Origin: Bacteroidia bacterium
Lineage (GTDB): Bacteria > Bacteroidota > Bacteroidia > NS11-12g > UBA9320
DNA: 64,000 bases
Reading direction: 5' to 3'
Assembly: GCA_018402155.1 (NCBI GenBank)
Contig: JAGYJG010000001.1
Coordinates: forward strand, 290,831-354,830
The notes below the pieces were generated by a model, which was not told where the DNA came from, did not search any database, and saw nothing but the letters and a program-made list of their open reading frames with translations. Position numbers and translations under genes: made by a program. Shown here piece after piece: positions 19,947 through 31,072 of the stretch (position 1 is the first letter of the stretch; each line of letters begins with the position of its first letter).

Positions 19947-20230
19947 TTGGGAATACAAAAACAGAAGAGCAAGAAGAGGTTGGCGTTTTGGTAAATGAAG
20001 ATCTGGGTGCCGCGATTATTTTGTATAATGATGACGTAAATACTTTCGACCACGTTATTTATTGCCTTATAAAGTATTGTAAACACACTGCAGAGCAAGC
20101 AGAGCAGTGCGCCATGCTTGTCCATTATAAAGGGAAATGTCAGGTTAAAAGTGGTTCTGAAGTAGAGTTGCTACCTGTTTGTCAAGCGCTAAATGAGAAA
20201 GGGTTAAGCGCTGTCATAGAAGAACTTTAA
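19943..20230 (+). CDS. clpS: ATP-dependent Clp protease adaptor ClpS
   Basis: 95 aa; [31 protein letters not shown] core ClpS motif. Confidence 0.8.
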   Translation: MIGNTKTEEQEEVGVLVNEDLGAAIILYNDDVNTFDHVIYCLIKYCKHTAEQAEQCAMLVHYKGKCQVKSGSEVELLPVCQALNEKGLSAVIEEL

Positions 20231-21045
20231 TACTGCTCTTCTTGATTAGGAAAATTCAGAGATTTCACATCTTTGATATATTGGTCAACAGCACCTTTCA
20301 TCTCTTCATATAGATTGAGGTATCTCCGTAGGAAACGAGGAGAAAACTCTTTGGTAACACCCAGCATATCGTGTAAAACAAGTACTTGCCCGTCTACTCC
20401 GCTACCGGCGCCTATTCCTATAACAGGTATTTGAATAGCTTTGGCTACTTCAGTGGCTAGTTTTGCAGGTATTTTTTCTAAAACAAGTGCAAAACAACCG
20501 GCTTCTTCCAGCAGTTTAGCATCTTCTATCAACTTGGTGGCTTCTTCTACTTCTTTTGCTCTTACAGTGTACGTGCCAAATTTATAGATGCTTTGTGGAG
20601 TTAGGCCTAAGTGCCCCATTATCGGTATACCCGCAGATAAAATTCTTTTTACAGAATCAATAACTTCACTACCTCCCTCTAATTTTACAGAGTGAGCACC
20701 ACTTTCTTTCATAATTCGTATCGCACTGCGAAGTGCTTCAGAGCTATTCCCTTGGTAACTTCCAAAAGGTAAGTCGACTACCACGAAGGCTCTATCTACT
20801 GCACGAACCACTGACTGTGCGTGATAAATCATTTGATCTAAAGTAATAGGTAGCGTACTGTCGTGTCCAGCCATTACATTACTTGCGGAGTCGCCTACTA
20901 ATATGACATCAATTCCGGCATCATCCACTATTTTGGCATACGAATAATCGTAGGCTGTAAGCATACTTATTTTCTCACCTCTGTTCTTCATTTCTTGAAG
21001 CTGGTGAGTAGTCATCTTTTTAATATTCTTCTTAGCTGTACTCAT
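20227..21045 (-). CDS. panB: 3-methyl-2-oxobutanoate hydroxymethyltransferase
   Basis: 272 aa; [25 protein letters not shown] canonical PanB. Confidence 0.85.
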   Translation of the reverse strand: MSTAKKNIKKMTTHQLQEMKNRGEKISMLTAYDYSYAKIVDDAGIDVILVGDSASNVMAGHDSTLPITLDQMIYHAQSVVRAVDRAFVVVDLPFGSYQGNSSEALRSAIRIMKESGAHSVKLEGGSEVIDSVKRILSAGIPIMGHLGLTPQSIYKFGTYTVRAKEVEEATKLIEDAKLLEEAGCFALVLEKIPAKLATEVAKAIQIPVIGIGAGSGVDGQVLVLHDMLGVTKEFSPRFLRRYLNLYEEMKGAVDQYIKDVKSLNFPNQEEQY

Positions 21046-21055
21046 ACTTGTCTTT

Positions 21056-22177
21056 TTACCTTGATTCTAAAAGGGATTTTATACGTTCTATTTCACGAAG
21101 CAATACAGCATTATCTTTTTTTAATTGTGTATTGATCTCTGCTAGAGTTGTATTGGTAGTTTTTAGGCTCATGTTTTCTCGTTTTATTCCTGCCAATATA
21201 GTAGTTAGATTCATCACCAAATCTCCGTTGGCACCTTCCTCTATGTCTTCTTTTATTGATTCCAGATAATTTAAGCGCTTAGTAGCCGTGCTCAGTGCCT
21301 TTGTAGTAGAATCTAGTTGGTGAGTTATTCGTTGGTTATTTTTAATTAATTCTATATTTTTGGTTATTAGAGTGGTATCGTAGTTTAGCATACTTTTACA
21401 CTTATTAACTTGCTTTTCTAGGTTTGCTATTTCTTTTTGTTGCAAGTCTATTTTAGTTTTGAAAATAAGAATTACTTCTTCAAATGCAGGCTCTACTGGT
21501 GTCTGCATGCCAAGCTTATTTCCGGTTGCAAGCTGAGCAAGGTTTTTTCCAGATTTTTTAATGGAAAATTGGTCAATGAGTACCTCAGTACGGGGCCCAG
21601 AGAAAATACCGACCTTACCTCTATCAAACTGTGTATCGTATATCGTGTATGTATACTGACCATTGAAGTAGATATCAAAATAGCCCTGCTCTACACTTAC
21701 GGTTATCGTATTTTTTTTAGAAGTTAGATTTTTGCTCTTTATCCATCCTTTGTTTTGAGGTGAGCCACTTAGTAATCCCTGTTGAGTGCCATTAATCTTA
21801 TATGCACGGTATTTTTTTTTGCTGCTTAATTCTATAAAAATTCCACCGTTGGTCAATGTTTGGCCATGGAGTATGAGTCCTGCCGTACCTTTTTTATTAA
21901 ATTTTGTAAGGGTAAAATCAGCACTAATCTGGTAGCTTACAAGTGGTTGGTCTGTTTTATAATACGTGACAGATTGCCCGTCTTTATCTAGGCGCTTTAT
22001 CCGGTAAAGCCCATCTTCAAGTATAGAAATTTCTGAGGCATTATACTTTTGAGGGAAATTATTGCGGTCTGTGGTAAAATCGTCATACACCAATGTGTCA
22101 AGGAATGTAGTGAATACATTTTGACCCAAACAGAATTGTGACAAACTTATTATTACTAGTAATGGTAGTATTCTCAT
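21056..22177 (-). CDS. hypothetical secreted protein: N-terminal beta-sandwich-like domain (DUF1080/LamG-like?) plus C-terminal coiled coil
   Basis: 373 aa; signal peptide [19 protein letters not shown]; C-terminal ~140 aa heptad-rich (…[29 protein letters not shown]); stop 10 nt before panB start. Confidence 0.4.
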   Translation of the reverse strand: MRILPLLVIISLSQFCLGQNVFTTFLDTLVYDDFTTDRNNFPQKYNASEISILEDGLYRIKRLDKDGQSVTYYKTDQPLVSYQISADFTLTKFNKKGTAGLILHGQTLTNGGIFIELSSKKKYRAYKINGTQQGLLSGSPQNKGWIKSKNLTSKKNTITVSVEQGYFDIYFNGQYTYTIYDTQFDRGKVGIFSGPRTEVLIDQFSIKKSGKNLAQLATGNKLGMQTPVEPAFEEVILIFKTKIDLQQKEIANLEKQVNKCKSMLNYDTTLITKNIELIKNNQRITHQLDSTTKALSTATKRLNYLESIKEDIEEGANGDLVMNLTTILAGIKRENMSLKTTNTTLAEINTQLKKDNAVLLREIERIKSLLESR

Positions 22178-22213
22178 TTATATTATGAAAGTTTGCAAAA
22201 GTAAACTAAAAAT

Positions 22214-23251
22214 ATGCGTAAAACGATTTGGTTAAAAGTACTTATTTTGATTGTAGCTACAGGTTTTTATGGCTGTGACAATGAGCTAAAGGTAGCCGCC
22301 GAGTGGAAAGAAATTGCTATAATATATGGTGCACTAAATCCTAGTGTAGACAAAAACTATGTGCGCATACAGCGCGCATACCTTGATGCAACTACTAGTG
22401 CGCTAGCTTTTTCTAGCCTCAAAGATTCACTTTACTTTGATACTCTGGTAGTGTATGTAGACGAGTTTGACAATAGCGTATTTACGCGGCGAATAAATTT
22501 AACAAAAGTAGATGGAAACCTACTTGGCATACCAAAAGATACAGGCCTTTTTTATTCGGATGAAAACATACTATATGAATTGGATGCAGATATCAAACCC
22601 TCGTTGAACGCCACTGCCTGGGAGTACAGAATCACAGTGATGAATCCTAAAAATGGCTATGTTGCTACGGCATCCTCAAAGAGCTTGGGCGATATACAAG
22701 CGCGAAGCCCAATAACTCCCACAGGTGGCAGCGTCTACATATCTAACAACCAAAATCATGTAGTTCCTGTCCAATTCCAAGAGGCTAGATTTGCAAGAGC
22801 CTACAGGGTAGCAATGAATATCCGTATAGAGGAGTCTAACCGACTAGATACAAGCCAGAAAGTAGTAAAAGAGTTGGAGTGGGTAATGGTAAATTCTGGA
22901 AACACACAAACGTTAGAAGGTTTTAGAGAAGCAAAATATAATGTGCTCTCTCAAGGGTTTTTTGCCAAACTAAATGGCAGTTTAGACGTGAATCCTTCTA
23001 TTAAAAGAAAGCTTAAGAACTACGATTTAGTTTTTTACGGGATATCAGATGATTTCAATACTTTCTTGAGTGTTTCGAAGCCATCAAATACAATAGTTCA
23101 GAAAAAACCAGAATTTACAAATGTAGAAAACGGTTTGGGCATATTTACTTCTAGAAATATTACCTTATTTGATAATCGTATTTTCAATTCAACTATTTTA
23201 CCTCAAATACAGGCGTCACCTTTGACCAAAGATTTGGGCTTTGTAAACTAA
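22214..23251 (+). CDS. hypothetical lipoprotein
   Basis: 345 aa; lipobox …ATGFYGC at residue 21; no catalytic motif recognised. Confidence 0.4.
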   Translation: MRKTIWLKVLILIVATGFYGCDNELKVAAEWKEIAIIYGALNPSVDKNYVRIQRAYLDATTSALAFSSLKDSLYFDTLVVYVDEFDNSVFTRRINLTKVDGNLLGIPKDTGLFYSDENILYELDADIKPSLNATAWEYRITVMNPKNGYVATASSKSLGDIQARSPITPTGGSVYISNNQNHVVPVQFQEARFARAYRVAMNIRIEESNRLDTSQKVVKELEWVMVNSGNTQTLEGFREAKYNVLSQGFFAKLNGSLDVNPSIKRKLKNYDLVFYGISDDFNTFLSVSKPSNTIVQKKPEFTNVENGLGIFTSRNITLFDNRIFNSTILPQIQASPLTKDLGFVN

Positions 23252-23253
23252 TA

Positions 23254-23281
23254 CATGTGTCGTTTTGTCACACATTTTTTT
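23254..23281 (+). terminator. weak intrinsic terminator after lipoprotein gene (ATGTGT-loop-ACACAT + T7)
   Basis: 6-bp stem, 9-nt loop, followed by TTTTTTT. Confidence 0.3.
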
Positions 23282-23366
23282 ACCTTATGTGACAGAACCC
23301 GCATATTACTCAATTGGCATTGTAGTTGTTTTGAGGTTTGTCAAAAAATAATCGTATTTTAGACAA

Positions 23367-25280
23367 ATGAGCAAAGTAATAGGAATTGACTTGGGAACAA
23401 CAAACAGTTGTGTTTCAGTAATGGAAGGAAATGAACCTGTAGTGATACCCAACAGTGAAGGAAGAAGAACAACGCCATCTATTGTAGCCTTTATGGACAA
23501 TGGTAATGGAGAAAGAAAAGTAGGCGATCCAGCCAAAAGGCAAGCGATAACTAACCCGCAAAATACTATCAGCTCGATCAAACGATTTATGGGCTCCACA
23601 TTTGACGAAGTTGCTACTGAAGCAGGTCAAATGTCTTATAAAGTAGTAAAAGGAGATAACAATACCCCGCGTGTGTTGATCGGAGATAGAAAGTATACTC
23701 CACAAGAAATATCAGCTATCATTCTTCAAAAAATGAAGAAAACCGCTGAAGACTATTTGGGAACTACTGTAGACAGAGCAGTTATTACAGTACCAGCATA
23801 TTTTAACGATAGCCAAAGACAAGCTACGAAAGAAGCTGGAGAAATAGCTGGATTGAAAGTAGAGCGAGTAGTAAACGAGCCTACAGCTGCTGCACTTGCA
23901 TACGGGTTAGATAAAAAAGACATCGACCAAAAAATAGCAGTGTACGACCTCGGTGGAGGAACTTTTGATATATCCATTTTAGAATTAGGTGATGGCGTAT
24001 TTGAGGTGAAATCTACCAATGGTGACACCCATCTAGGTGGAGATGATTTTGATAGAGTAATCATAGATTGGTTGGCAGAGGAGTTTAAATCAGAAGAAGA
24101 TATGGATTTAAGAAAAGATCCTATGGCATTACAAAGACTCAAAGAAGCTGCAGAAAAAGCTAAAATTGAGTTGTCAAGCTCTACACAAACTGAGATAAAT
24201 TTACCTTACGTAACAGCCACTGCCAGTGGTCCTAAACATTTAGTTCGATCACTTACCAGAGCCAAATTTGAGCAGCTAGCTGACAATCTAATTAAGCGAA
24301 GCATGGAGCCTGTAAAACAGGCTATGAAAGATGCTGGCTATACAGCTGCAGATATTGATGAAGTAATACTTGTAGGTGGAAGTACACGAATTCCTCGCAT
24401 ACAAGAGGAAGTAGAAAAATTCTTTGGAAAAGCTCCAAGTAAAGGTGTAAACCCAGATGAAGTTGTGGCTATTGGAGCTGCCATACAAGGTGGTGTTCTC
24501 ACAGGAGAAGTAAAAGATGTTTTACTCCTAGACGTAACACCTCTGTCTTTGGGTATAGAAACAATGGGTGGAGTATCTACTGTATTAATTGAAAGTAATA
24601 CTACAATTCCCTCAAAAAAATCACAGGTTTTTTCTACTGCTGCTGATAGTCAGCCTAGTGTAGAAATACATGTGCTGCAAGGTGAACGTGCTATGGCTAG
24701 AGACAACCGAACCATAGGTAAGTTTCATTTAGACGGTATTCCGCCAGCACCCAGAGGAAGACCACAAATAGAGGTAACTTTTGATATAGATGCTAATGGT
24801 ATACTCAACGTGAGTGCCAAAGATAAAGATACCGGTAAAGAGCAAAATATTCGAATAGAAGCAAGCTCTGGCTTGAGTGATCAAGAGATAGAAAGAATGC
24901 GCAAAGAAGCAGAAGCTAACGCCGATGCCGATAAAGCAGAAAAAGAAAAGATTGATAAACTCAATCAAGCAGACCAGCTTGCTTTTACAACAGAAAGTCA
25001 ACTCAAAGAATACGGAGATAAAATTCCTGAAGAGAAGAAAACTGCTATAGAAGCTGCACTAGAAGAGCTCAAAAAAGCACATGCTGCTGGAGATGTAGAG
25101 GCGTTAGACAGTCGTATGGAAGACCTAAATAAGACTTGGGAGGCTGCAAGCCAAGACATCTATGCTGCGCAGCAAGAAGGCGGAGCAGAAGGTGCAGAAC
25201 CATCGGCTAGCTCAGATCAAGAATCTACCGGCGGTGATGCCAAAGACGTAGAGGATGTTGATTTTGAAGAGGTGAAATAA
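23367..25280 (+). CDS. dnaK: molecular chaperone DnaK (Hsp70)
   Basis: 637 aa; [24 protein letters not shown], full Hsp70 architecture with acidic C-terminus. Confidence 0.95.
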   Translation: MSKVIGIDLGTTNSCVSVMEGNEPVVIPNSEGRRTTPSIVAFMDNGNGERKVGDPAKRQAITNPQNTISSIKRFMGSTFDEVATEAGQMSYKVVKGDNNTPRVLIGDRKYTPQEISAIILQKMKKTAEDYLGTTVDRAVITVPAYFNDSQRQATKEAGEIAGLKVERVVNEPTAAALAYGLDKKDIDQKIAVYDLGGGTFDISILELGDGVFEVKSTNGDTHLGGDDFDRVIIDWLAEEFKSEEDMDLRKDPMALQRLKEAAEKAKIELSSSTQTEINLPYVTATASGPKHLVRSLTRAKFEQLADNLIKRSMEPVKQAMKDAGYTAADIDEVILVGGSTRIPRIQEEVEKFFGKAPSKGVNPDEVVAIGAAIQGGVLTGEVKDVLLLDVTPLSLGIETMGGVSTVLIESNTTIPSKKSQVFSTAADSQPSVEIHVLQGERAMARDNRTIGKFHLDGIPPAPRGRPQIEVTFDIDANGILNVSAKDKDTGKEQNIRIEASSGLSDQEIERMRKEAEANADADKAEKEKIDKLNQADQLAFTTESQLKEYGDKIPEEKKTAIEAALEELKKAHAAGDVEALDSRMEDLNKTWEAASQDIYAAQQEGGAEGAEPSASSDQESTGGDAKDVEDVDFEEVK

Positions 25281-25346
25281 TCCTCTTCTTGAATACAATC
25301 ATATTATACACCAGCATGAAGTAATGCTGTTTCTAAATTAATTTAA

Positions 25347-25376
25347 AGAGCCGCTTTAAAAGTGGCTCTTTTTATT
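25347..25376 (+). terminator. intrinsic terminator downstream of dnaK
   Basis: AGAGCCGC-loop-GTGGCTCT stem followed by TTTTTATT. Confidence 0.5.
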
Positions 25377-25855
25377 ACATCTGTTTGAAAATGTAATAAA
25401 GGTATTAGCAGCATTCAAAAAATTTGGAATCTTCAAATTCTATTTTCTTCATCTTTTGTAATTGTGTAAGCATTTTCTGTTACAGTAAGAACATGAAATC
25501 AATGAATACAGAACTTGCCAACTAATTTTTTCAAAATCATTTCTTAGATTAAAATAAAAAATAAATTTTATATCGCAGTGTAAGCCTATTGAATCTATTT
25601 GTTGTATGTTAGGGTTACAGTAGGCCTTAATAATTTTTTAGAGTTGGGAGTACTACCTATAATTTCCATTTATTTAATAATACATCACATGCTTAACCAT
25701 TTCATTTGAGAATTCAAATAATTAGTGTTCAGATATTTGGAAGTATCTTAGAGTTTACAATATAAGAATTGTACATTGTACTATAGAAATAAAAATGGAA
25801 AGCATATTCCTTAAATGGAGTATTTAAATTAATTTTACACCAAAATTCAAGCATT

Positions 25856-26938
25856 TTGAAACTTTCAGTTCTTAAAGAAACCGATAAAGGGGAGACCCGA
25901 GTAGCCATCGTACCAAAATCAATTTCCAAGTTAAAGGGCCTTGGTTTTGAAGTGGTTATAGAGACTAATGCAGGGAGTAACGCTGCCTTTACAGATGAAG
26001 AATATATAAAAGCAGGAGCAACCATAGCTACGAGCTCATCGGAGGCAATTGATTCTGCTGATGTGGTCGTGAAAATTAATCCGCCAACTCCTGAGGATAT
26101 TGCATTACTGAGTGAGGGACAAATTTTGATTTCGCAGCTTTTTCATTTACTGCGGCCCGAGATCACTGACGCGTTGAAATCCAAAGGTGTCAAAGGACTT
26201 AGTTTAGATGCTATGCCCCGAATAAGCCGTGCACAAAGTATGGATATACTTAGTTCTCAGAGTAATTTGTCAGGATATAAAGCAGTGATTTGCGGGGCAG
26301 ACAATTTAGGTAAAATTTTTCCTATGCTCACCACCGCCGCTGGGACGATAACTCCAGCGCGAGTTCTTATATTTGGTGTAGGCGTGGCTGGATTGCAGGC
26401 AATAGCAACGGCTAAACGCCTTGGAGCTATTGTAGAGGCAACCGATGTGCGACCCGAATGTAAAGAACAAGCAGAATCCCTTGGGGCTAAATTTTTAACA
26501 GTAGAAGGAGAAGGAGTTTTAGTAGAAGGTGGCTATGCAAAAGAAGTATCACAAGAATATTTACTCAAACAGAAAGAAGTTGTAAATAAATCACTATCAC
26601 AGGCAGATTTAGTGATTACTACGGCCCTAGTACAGGGTGCCAAATCCCCTATTCTGATAAGTCAAGAGCAAATCGAAATGATGAAAAATGGCTCAGTAAT
26701 AGTGGATATGGCAGTTGCCAAAGGCGGTAATACTGCACTGAGCAAAGCAGACGAAACAGTGATACATAACGGTGTGAAGATAGTAGGGATAAGCAACTTC
26801 CCCGCTCAAATACCAACCAATGCCAGTGAGTTACTAAGCCGAAACATCGATACATTTTTATCTCATATGGTAAGTGAGGACAGTTTTAAATGGGATATGG
26901 AGGATGAAATAACTATCGGAACTCTAGTAACAAAGTAA
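25856..26938 (+). CDS. pntA: NAD(P) transhydrogenase subunit alpha part 1 (AlaDH/PNT domain)
   Basis: 360 aa; Rossmann GVGVAGLQAI; followed by membrane alpha-2 and beta subunits. Confidence 0.8.
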   Translation: MKLSVLKETDKGETRVAIVPKSISKLKGLGFEVVIETNAGSNAAFTDEEYIKAGATIATSSSEAIDSADVVVKINPPTPEDIALLSEGQILISQLFHLLRPEITDALKSKGVKGLSLDAMPRISRAQSMDILSSQSNLSGYKAVICGADNLGKIFPMLTTAAGTITPARVLIFGVGVAGLQAIATAKRLGAIVEATDVRPECKEQAESLGAKFLTVEGEGVLVEGGYAKEVSQEYLLKQKEVVNKSLSQADLVITTALVQGAKSPILISQEQIEMMKNGSVIVDMAVAKGGNTALSKADETVIHNGVKIVGISNFPAQIPTNASELLSRNIDTFLSHMVSEDSFKWDMEDEITIGTLVTK

Positions 26939-26975
26939 CTAACCCCCTAAAATTTAACGTATAAATAAAATTGAA

Positions 26976-27275
26976 ATGATAGAATTTTTCACAGAGAATA
27001 AAGACATGATCTTCATTGTCATCCTAATGATATTCGTTGGAGTAGAAGTAATAGGCAAAGTACCAGCAGTATTACACACACCACTTATGTCGGGAGCTAA
27101 TGCTATTCATGGTGTGGTAGTAGTGGGAGCGATATTGCTGATGTTAAATACAGAAGCGGATAATTACCTTGCACTTGGGCTTGGCACTGTTGCTGTTTTC
27201 TTAGGTACTCTCAATGTAGTAGGAGGGTTTGTAGTTACAGATAGAATGTTAGAAATGTTTAAGAAGAGAAAATAA
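26976..27275 (+). CDS. NAD(P) transhydrogenase subunit alpha part 2 (membrane)
   Basis: 99 aa, 3 TM helices, ATGA overlap with pntB. Confidence 0.75.
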   Translation: MIEFFTENKDMIFIVILMIFVGVEVIGKVPAVLHTPLMSGANAIHGVVVVGAILLMLNTEADNYLALGLGTVAVFLGTLNVVGGFVVTDRMLEMFKKRK

Positions 27276-28660
27276 TGCAGATAGATATACAACATATTAT
27301 ATATTTATTGGCTTCAGTCACTTTTATTTTAGGACTGAAAATGCTGAGCAATGCAAAAACAGCCAAAAATGGGAACTTACTAGCTGCAGGAGGGATGGTT
27401 GCCGCTATTATTACGGCTATTGTATTTCATGAAGGAGCAGTAAGTGCAGTGATATACGGACTCATTTTTGGCGCTATAGTTTTGGGCACCGTCGTTGGTT
27501 GGCTGACTGCCAAGCGAGTGCAGATGACAAAAATGCCCGAATTAGTTTCACTGTTTAATGGAATGGGAGGAGCATGTGCTGCCTTGATAGGATTAGTAGA
27601 ATTTCACCACAATGTAGGAGACTCTATGAGCATGACCGTTATTCTAGCAGGCATGGTTATCGGTTCTGTCTCCTTTAGCGGTAGTATGATTGCCTGGGCT
27701 AAGCTGAACGGTAAAATTAAAAACGCCATACGATTACCTAAGTACAATATTCTGAATACCCTTATTCTTATAAGTCTTTTTGCTTATGGGGCTTGGATTG
27801 TTTGGACCGGTACAGGAAGTGAATTGCATTTGTACGTGCTATTTGTGGCAGCATTGGGGTATGGTATATTATTCGTGCTACCTATTGGTGGTGCAGATAT
27901 GCCAGTGGTTATTTCACTTTTAAATTCATTCACTGGACTTGCAGCTGCCTTTGGTGGGTTCTTATATGGTAATCAAGTAATGCTTACAGGTGGAATACTG
28001 GTAGGAAGTGCAGGAACCTTGCTTACCTTGGTAATGTGTAAAGCGATGAACCGACCACTATTTAATGTAATATTTGGTGCGTTTGGAGCAGGAACTGAGT
28101 CTGTTGGGGAAAGTGGACCTCAGGGAAGCGTGAGAGAAGTAGGGCCAAGTGATCTAGCCGTGCAGTTAAATTACAGTAAGAAAGTAATCATAGTTCCAGG
28201 GTACGGACTCGCTGTAGCTCAAGCGCAGCACGTCATCAAAGAATTAGAAACGATATTAGAAGAAAGAGGGGTAGAAGTTACGTATGCTATTCATCCAGTT
28301 GCCGGTCGCATGCCTGGCCATATGAATGTACTCTTGGCAGAAAGTAACGTAGAGTACGATAAGCTCAAGGAGATGGAGGATATAAATCCAGAATTTTCAC
28401 AGACGGATGTAGTGCTCGTGGTGGGCGCTAACGATGTTGTAAATCCCGCAGCTAAAAATGATCCGAGCAGTCCGATATACGGTATGCCAATACTGGATGT
28501 AGAAAATGCCAAAGCGTGCATCGTAAATAAACGCAGTATGAATGCTGGGTATGCTGGTATAGAAAACGAATTGTTTTTTAGAGATAAGACGCAAATGCTC
28601 TTTGGCGATGCCAAGAAAGTATTGACTGAACTGGTAACCGAGTTAAAAGCGTTGGATTAA
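27275..28660 (+). CDS. pntB: NAD(P) transhydrogenase subunit beta
   Basis: 461 aa; N-terminal TM domain, C-terminal NADP(H)-binding domain (…VVGANDVVNPAA…). Confidence 0.85.
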   Translation: MQIDIQHIIYLLASVTFILGLKMLSNAKTAKNGNLLAAGGMVAAIITAIVFHEGAVSAVIYGLIFGAIVLGTVVGWLTAKRVQMTKMPELVSLFNGMGGACAALIGLVEFHHNVGDSMSMTVILAGMVIGSVSFSGSMIAWAKLNGKIKNAIRLPKYNILNTLILISLFAYGAWIVWTGTGSELHLYVLFVAALGYGILFVLPIGGADMPVVISLLNSFTGLAAAFGGFLYGNQVMLTGGILVGSAGTLLTLVMCKAMNRPLFNVIFGAFGAGTESVGESGPQGSVREVGPSDLAVQLNYSKKVIIVPGYGLAVAQAQHVIKELETILEERGVEVTYAIHPVAGRMPGHMNVLLAESNVEYDKLKEMEDINPEFSQTDVVLVVGANDVVNPAAKNDPSSPIYGMPILDVENAKACIVNKRSMNAGYAGIENELFFRDKTQMLFGDAKKVLTELVTELKALD

Positions 28661-28669
28661 GGAATAGAC

Positions 28670-29353
28670 TTGAATAATCTATTTTATACCCAATCCATAT
28701 CTGGAGTATCACTTACTCTCGAAGACCAAGAAGCAGCGCACTGCTCACTTGTGCTACGCAAAAAAGTAGGTGAAATTATCTACGTGATAGACGGGAAGGG
28801 GAATAGATACAAGTGCGGTATAGATAAACTTAATAAACGAGAAGTTGCGTGTATCATACTAAGTACCGAAACCAAGCAAAAATCTGAACATATTACCATT
28901 GCTATTGCGCCTACCAAAAATAGAGACCGGCTGGAGTGGATGTTGGAAAAACTGGTAGAAATAGGAGTAGAGCGTATTGTGCTTATGAATACAAACAATA
29001 CGGAGCGTACGCGTACTAACTTAGATCGCCTCGAGAAAAAAGCCATCTCAGCCGTAAAGCAAAGTCTTCGATTTTATATTCCTGAAATAGTAGTTATGGA
29101 ATATGTAGAAGTGCTAAAATTAAAAGCTACAGCAAAGTACATTGCGCATTGTTACCCCGAACAGTCAAAGAGTGCATGCCAATTGTTGGATAACAAATCA
29201 ACCGATACACTAATCTTGATAGGACCCGAAGGTGACTTTACAACACAAGAAGTTGAACAGGCGTTCAAACTAGGTTTTCAAGGATTGGATTTAGGTGAAT
29301 TTAGGCTACGTACAGAGACTGCAGCTATAGTGGCAGTGACTCTGTTTCAATAA
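28670..29353 (+). CDS. rsmE: 16S rRNA (uracil1498-N3)-methyltransferase RsmE family
   Basis: 227 aa; TTG start; …HCSLVLRKKVGEIIYVIDGKG… and C-terminal SPOUT fold motif LGPEGDF. Confidence 0.65.
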   Translation: MNNLFYTQSISGVSLTLEDQEAAHCSLVLRKKVGEIIYVIDGKGNRYKCGIDKLNKREVACIILSTETKQKSEHITIAIAPTKNRDRLEWMLEKLVEIGVERIVLMNTNNTERTRTNLDRLEKKAISAVKQSLRFYIPEIVVMEYVEVLKLKATAKYIAHCYPEQSKSACQLLDNKSTDTLILIGPEGDFTTQEVEQAFKLGFQGLDLGEFRLRTETAAIVAVTLFQ

Positions 29354-29381
29354 ATTTTCATTAATTTTGATCATCTAAGAT

Positions 29382-30032
29382 ATGAAGTATATACTTTTAC
29401 TCATTACGGTATTAATAGCATCTAGTTTTCAGGCGGACTATGCCGTCAAAATAGCCAAACTAAAATACGATGGCGGAGGTGATTGGTATGGTAATCGAAC
29501 GGCATTGCCAAATCTGGCTAGGTTCTGTAATGAGAATCTGAACACTAGCATAAATCCTCAAGACGAAGTTATAGAAGCTGGAAGTGTAGAGATCTTCAAC
29601 TACCCGTATGTTTATATGACTGGGCACGGGAATGTAGTTTTTAATACTAAAGAAGCTGAAAATTTGCGTAAGTATTTGATAGCAGGCGGGTTTCTTCATA
29701 TCGATGATAACTATGGCTTAGATAAATATGTGCGTCTAGAAATGAAAAAGGTATTTCCTGAATTGAAGTTTGTAGAGCTTCCATTTAATCATCCTATCTA
29801 TTTTCAAAAATATAAATTTCCCAATGGATTGCCCAAAATACACGAACACGATGGCAAACCTGCTCAAGGATTTGGGTTAATATTTAAAGGCAGGTTGGTT
29901 TGCTTTTATGACTATGAATGCGACCTCGGTAATGGCTGGGAAGATGCTGGAATTTATGACGATGGTGAAGCAAAGCGAATAGCTGCACTTAAGATGGGAT
30001 CAAATATTATACAATACGCTTTTAGTAATTGA
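29382..30032 (+). CDS. conserved hypothetical secreted protein (tentatively DUF4159-like)
   Basis: 216 aa; signal peptide; motifs KLKYDGGGDWY and GGFLHIDDNYG; family assignment from memory only. Confidence 0.35.
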   Translation: MKYILLLITVLIASSFQADYAVKIAKLKYDGGGDWYGNRTALPNLARFCNENLNTSINPQDEVIEAGSVEIFNYPYVYMTGHGNVVFNTKEAENLRKYLIAGGFLHIDDNYGLDKYVRLEMKKVFPELKFVELPFNHPIYFQKYKFPNGLPKIHEHDGKPAQGFGLIFKGRLVCFYDYECDLGNGWEDAGIYDDGEAKRIAALKMGSNIIQYAFSN

Positions 30033-30050
30033 AATAGTCCTTAATCACTG

Positions 30051-30983
30051 TTATTTCTCCATTTGGTAAAATTTCTTACTAAATAATAAATCATAAAACT
30101 GGTGCATCACAAATACGTGAGGAAGGGTTATAGACGATATGACAATAAGTAAGCAGAAACCGTATGACATTGCTAGGATGTTTAAGTATATCAAAGCAAA
30201 TAAAAACGCTATTCCAAAAAAAGATAAAAGGGTAAGCGGTGCTACAAGGTAAACGAATGCCAAAGTAGATTTGACGGTTCCTTCAGATTTTAGAAAACGA
30301 AATTCTTCACTAATAACCTTGTAGGAGTGGAGTACAATAAAATATAGAGTAAACCCAATTAGTAGAGGCAGTAAATAGAAACTTGTAAGTATTAGGCCTA
30401 AAACTAAAAGCTCCATAAGTAAGTTCTCCAAGGAAATAACGTTTGTTACTTTCGAAAATATAAGTAAACCAAGAGTGGAAATTATAGAGATGAGGAATAA
30501 TAATCCAATAAAATCTTCTGAAAAAAGAGTGTTTATCTCAGCAAATTGAGGCTGCTCGTTATTGATTTCTAAAATTTCATTCGTATTAAAAAATAGAAGT
30601 CCAGATAATATAGTTAAACCCCAAAAAAGATAAATCATTTTCGAAATGAATGCTTGCTTGCTCAAATAGTGCGAAAACTGGGACTGGCCAAAGTGATATG
30701 CAGAAATAGTAAGAAACATGCAGTAAGCTAAAACTGGTGCTAAGTACCACAAAGCGACATTTAAAGCAATAATTATCAAGTATACAGTAATGAATACAGT
30801 ATTGCCTACAGAGTGATTTTTGCGATAAAGTATATTGTCTATAGCGCCGTGGGGAATACCCAAAAATAGAATAAAAGGTGCACAAATAATAAGCTGTGTT
30901 GTAATTGGGATAGCGCCATAGTGAAAAAGTATAGGTATTAAAATCAATAGACTGGCTAAAAATATGAAAATTGCTTTGGTCAT
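30051..30983 (-). CDS. blh: beta-carotene 15,15'-dioxygenase, Brp/Blh family (retinal synthesis)
   Basis: 310 aa polytopic membrane protein with conserved His-containing segments (GIPHGAID, SAYHFGQSQ, LHSYK); immediately downstream of proteorhodopsin. Confidence 0.75.
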   Translation of the reverse strand: MTKAIFIFLASLLILIPILFHYGAIPITTQLIICAPFILFLGIPHGAIDNILYRKNHSVGNTVFITVYLIIIALNVALWYLAPVLAYCMFLTISAYHFGQSQFSHYLSKQAFISKMIYLFWGLTILSGLLFFNTNEILEINNEQPQFAEINTLFSEDFIGLLFLISIISTLGLLIFSKVTNVISLENLLMELLVLGLILTSFYLLPLLIGFTLYFIVLHSYKVISEEFRFLKSEGTVKSTLAFVYLVAPLTLLSFFGIAFLFALIYLNILAMSYGFCLLIVISSITLPHVFVMHQFYDLLFSKKFYQMEK

Positions 30984-31003
30984 TGATTTCAGTTGAGTTA
31001 TGC

Positions 31004-31055
31004 AAAAAAAATAAACCCTTGTACTGGTTCATTTAAGAATCCAATACAAGGGTTT
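31004..31055 (-). terminator. intrinsic terminator downstream of proteorhodopsin
   Basis: on minus strand: AAACCCTTGTA…TACAAGGGTTT 11-bp stem followed by T8; located between PR stop and blh start. Confidence 0.5.
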
Positions 31056-31072
31056 GAATACGTTTATTTTAA

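Noticed and set aside
23252-23366. TGTGTC…GTCACACA / TGTGACAG inverted repeats upstream of dnaK as a CIRCE-like heat-shock operator
   Set aside because: It does not match the CIRCE consensus and is better explained as a weak terminator hairpin for the upstream lipoprotein gene; no hrcA in the window.
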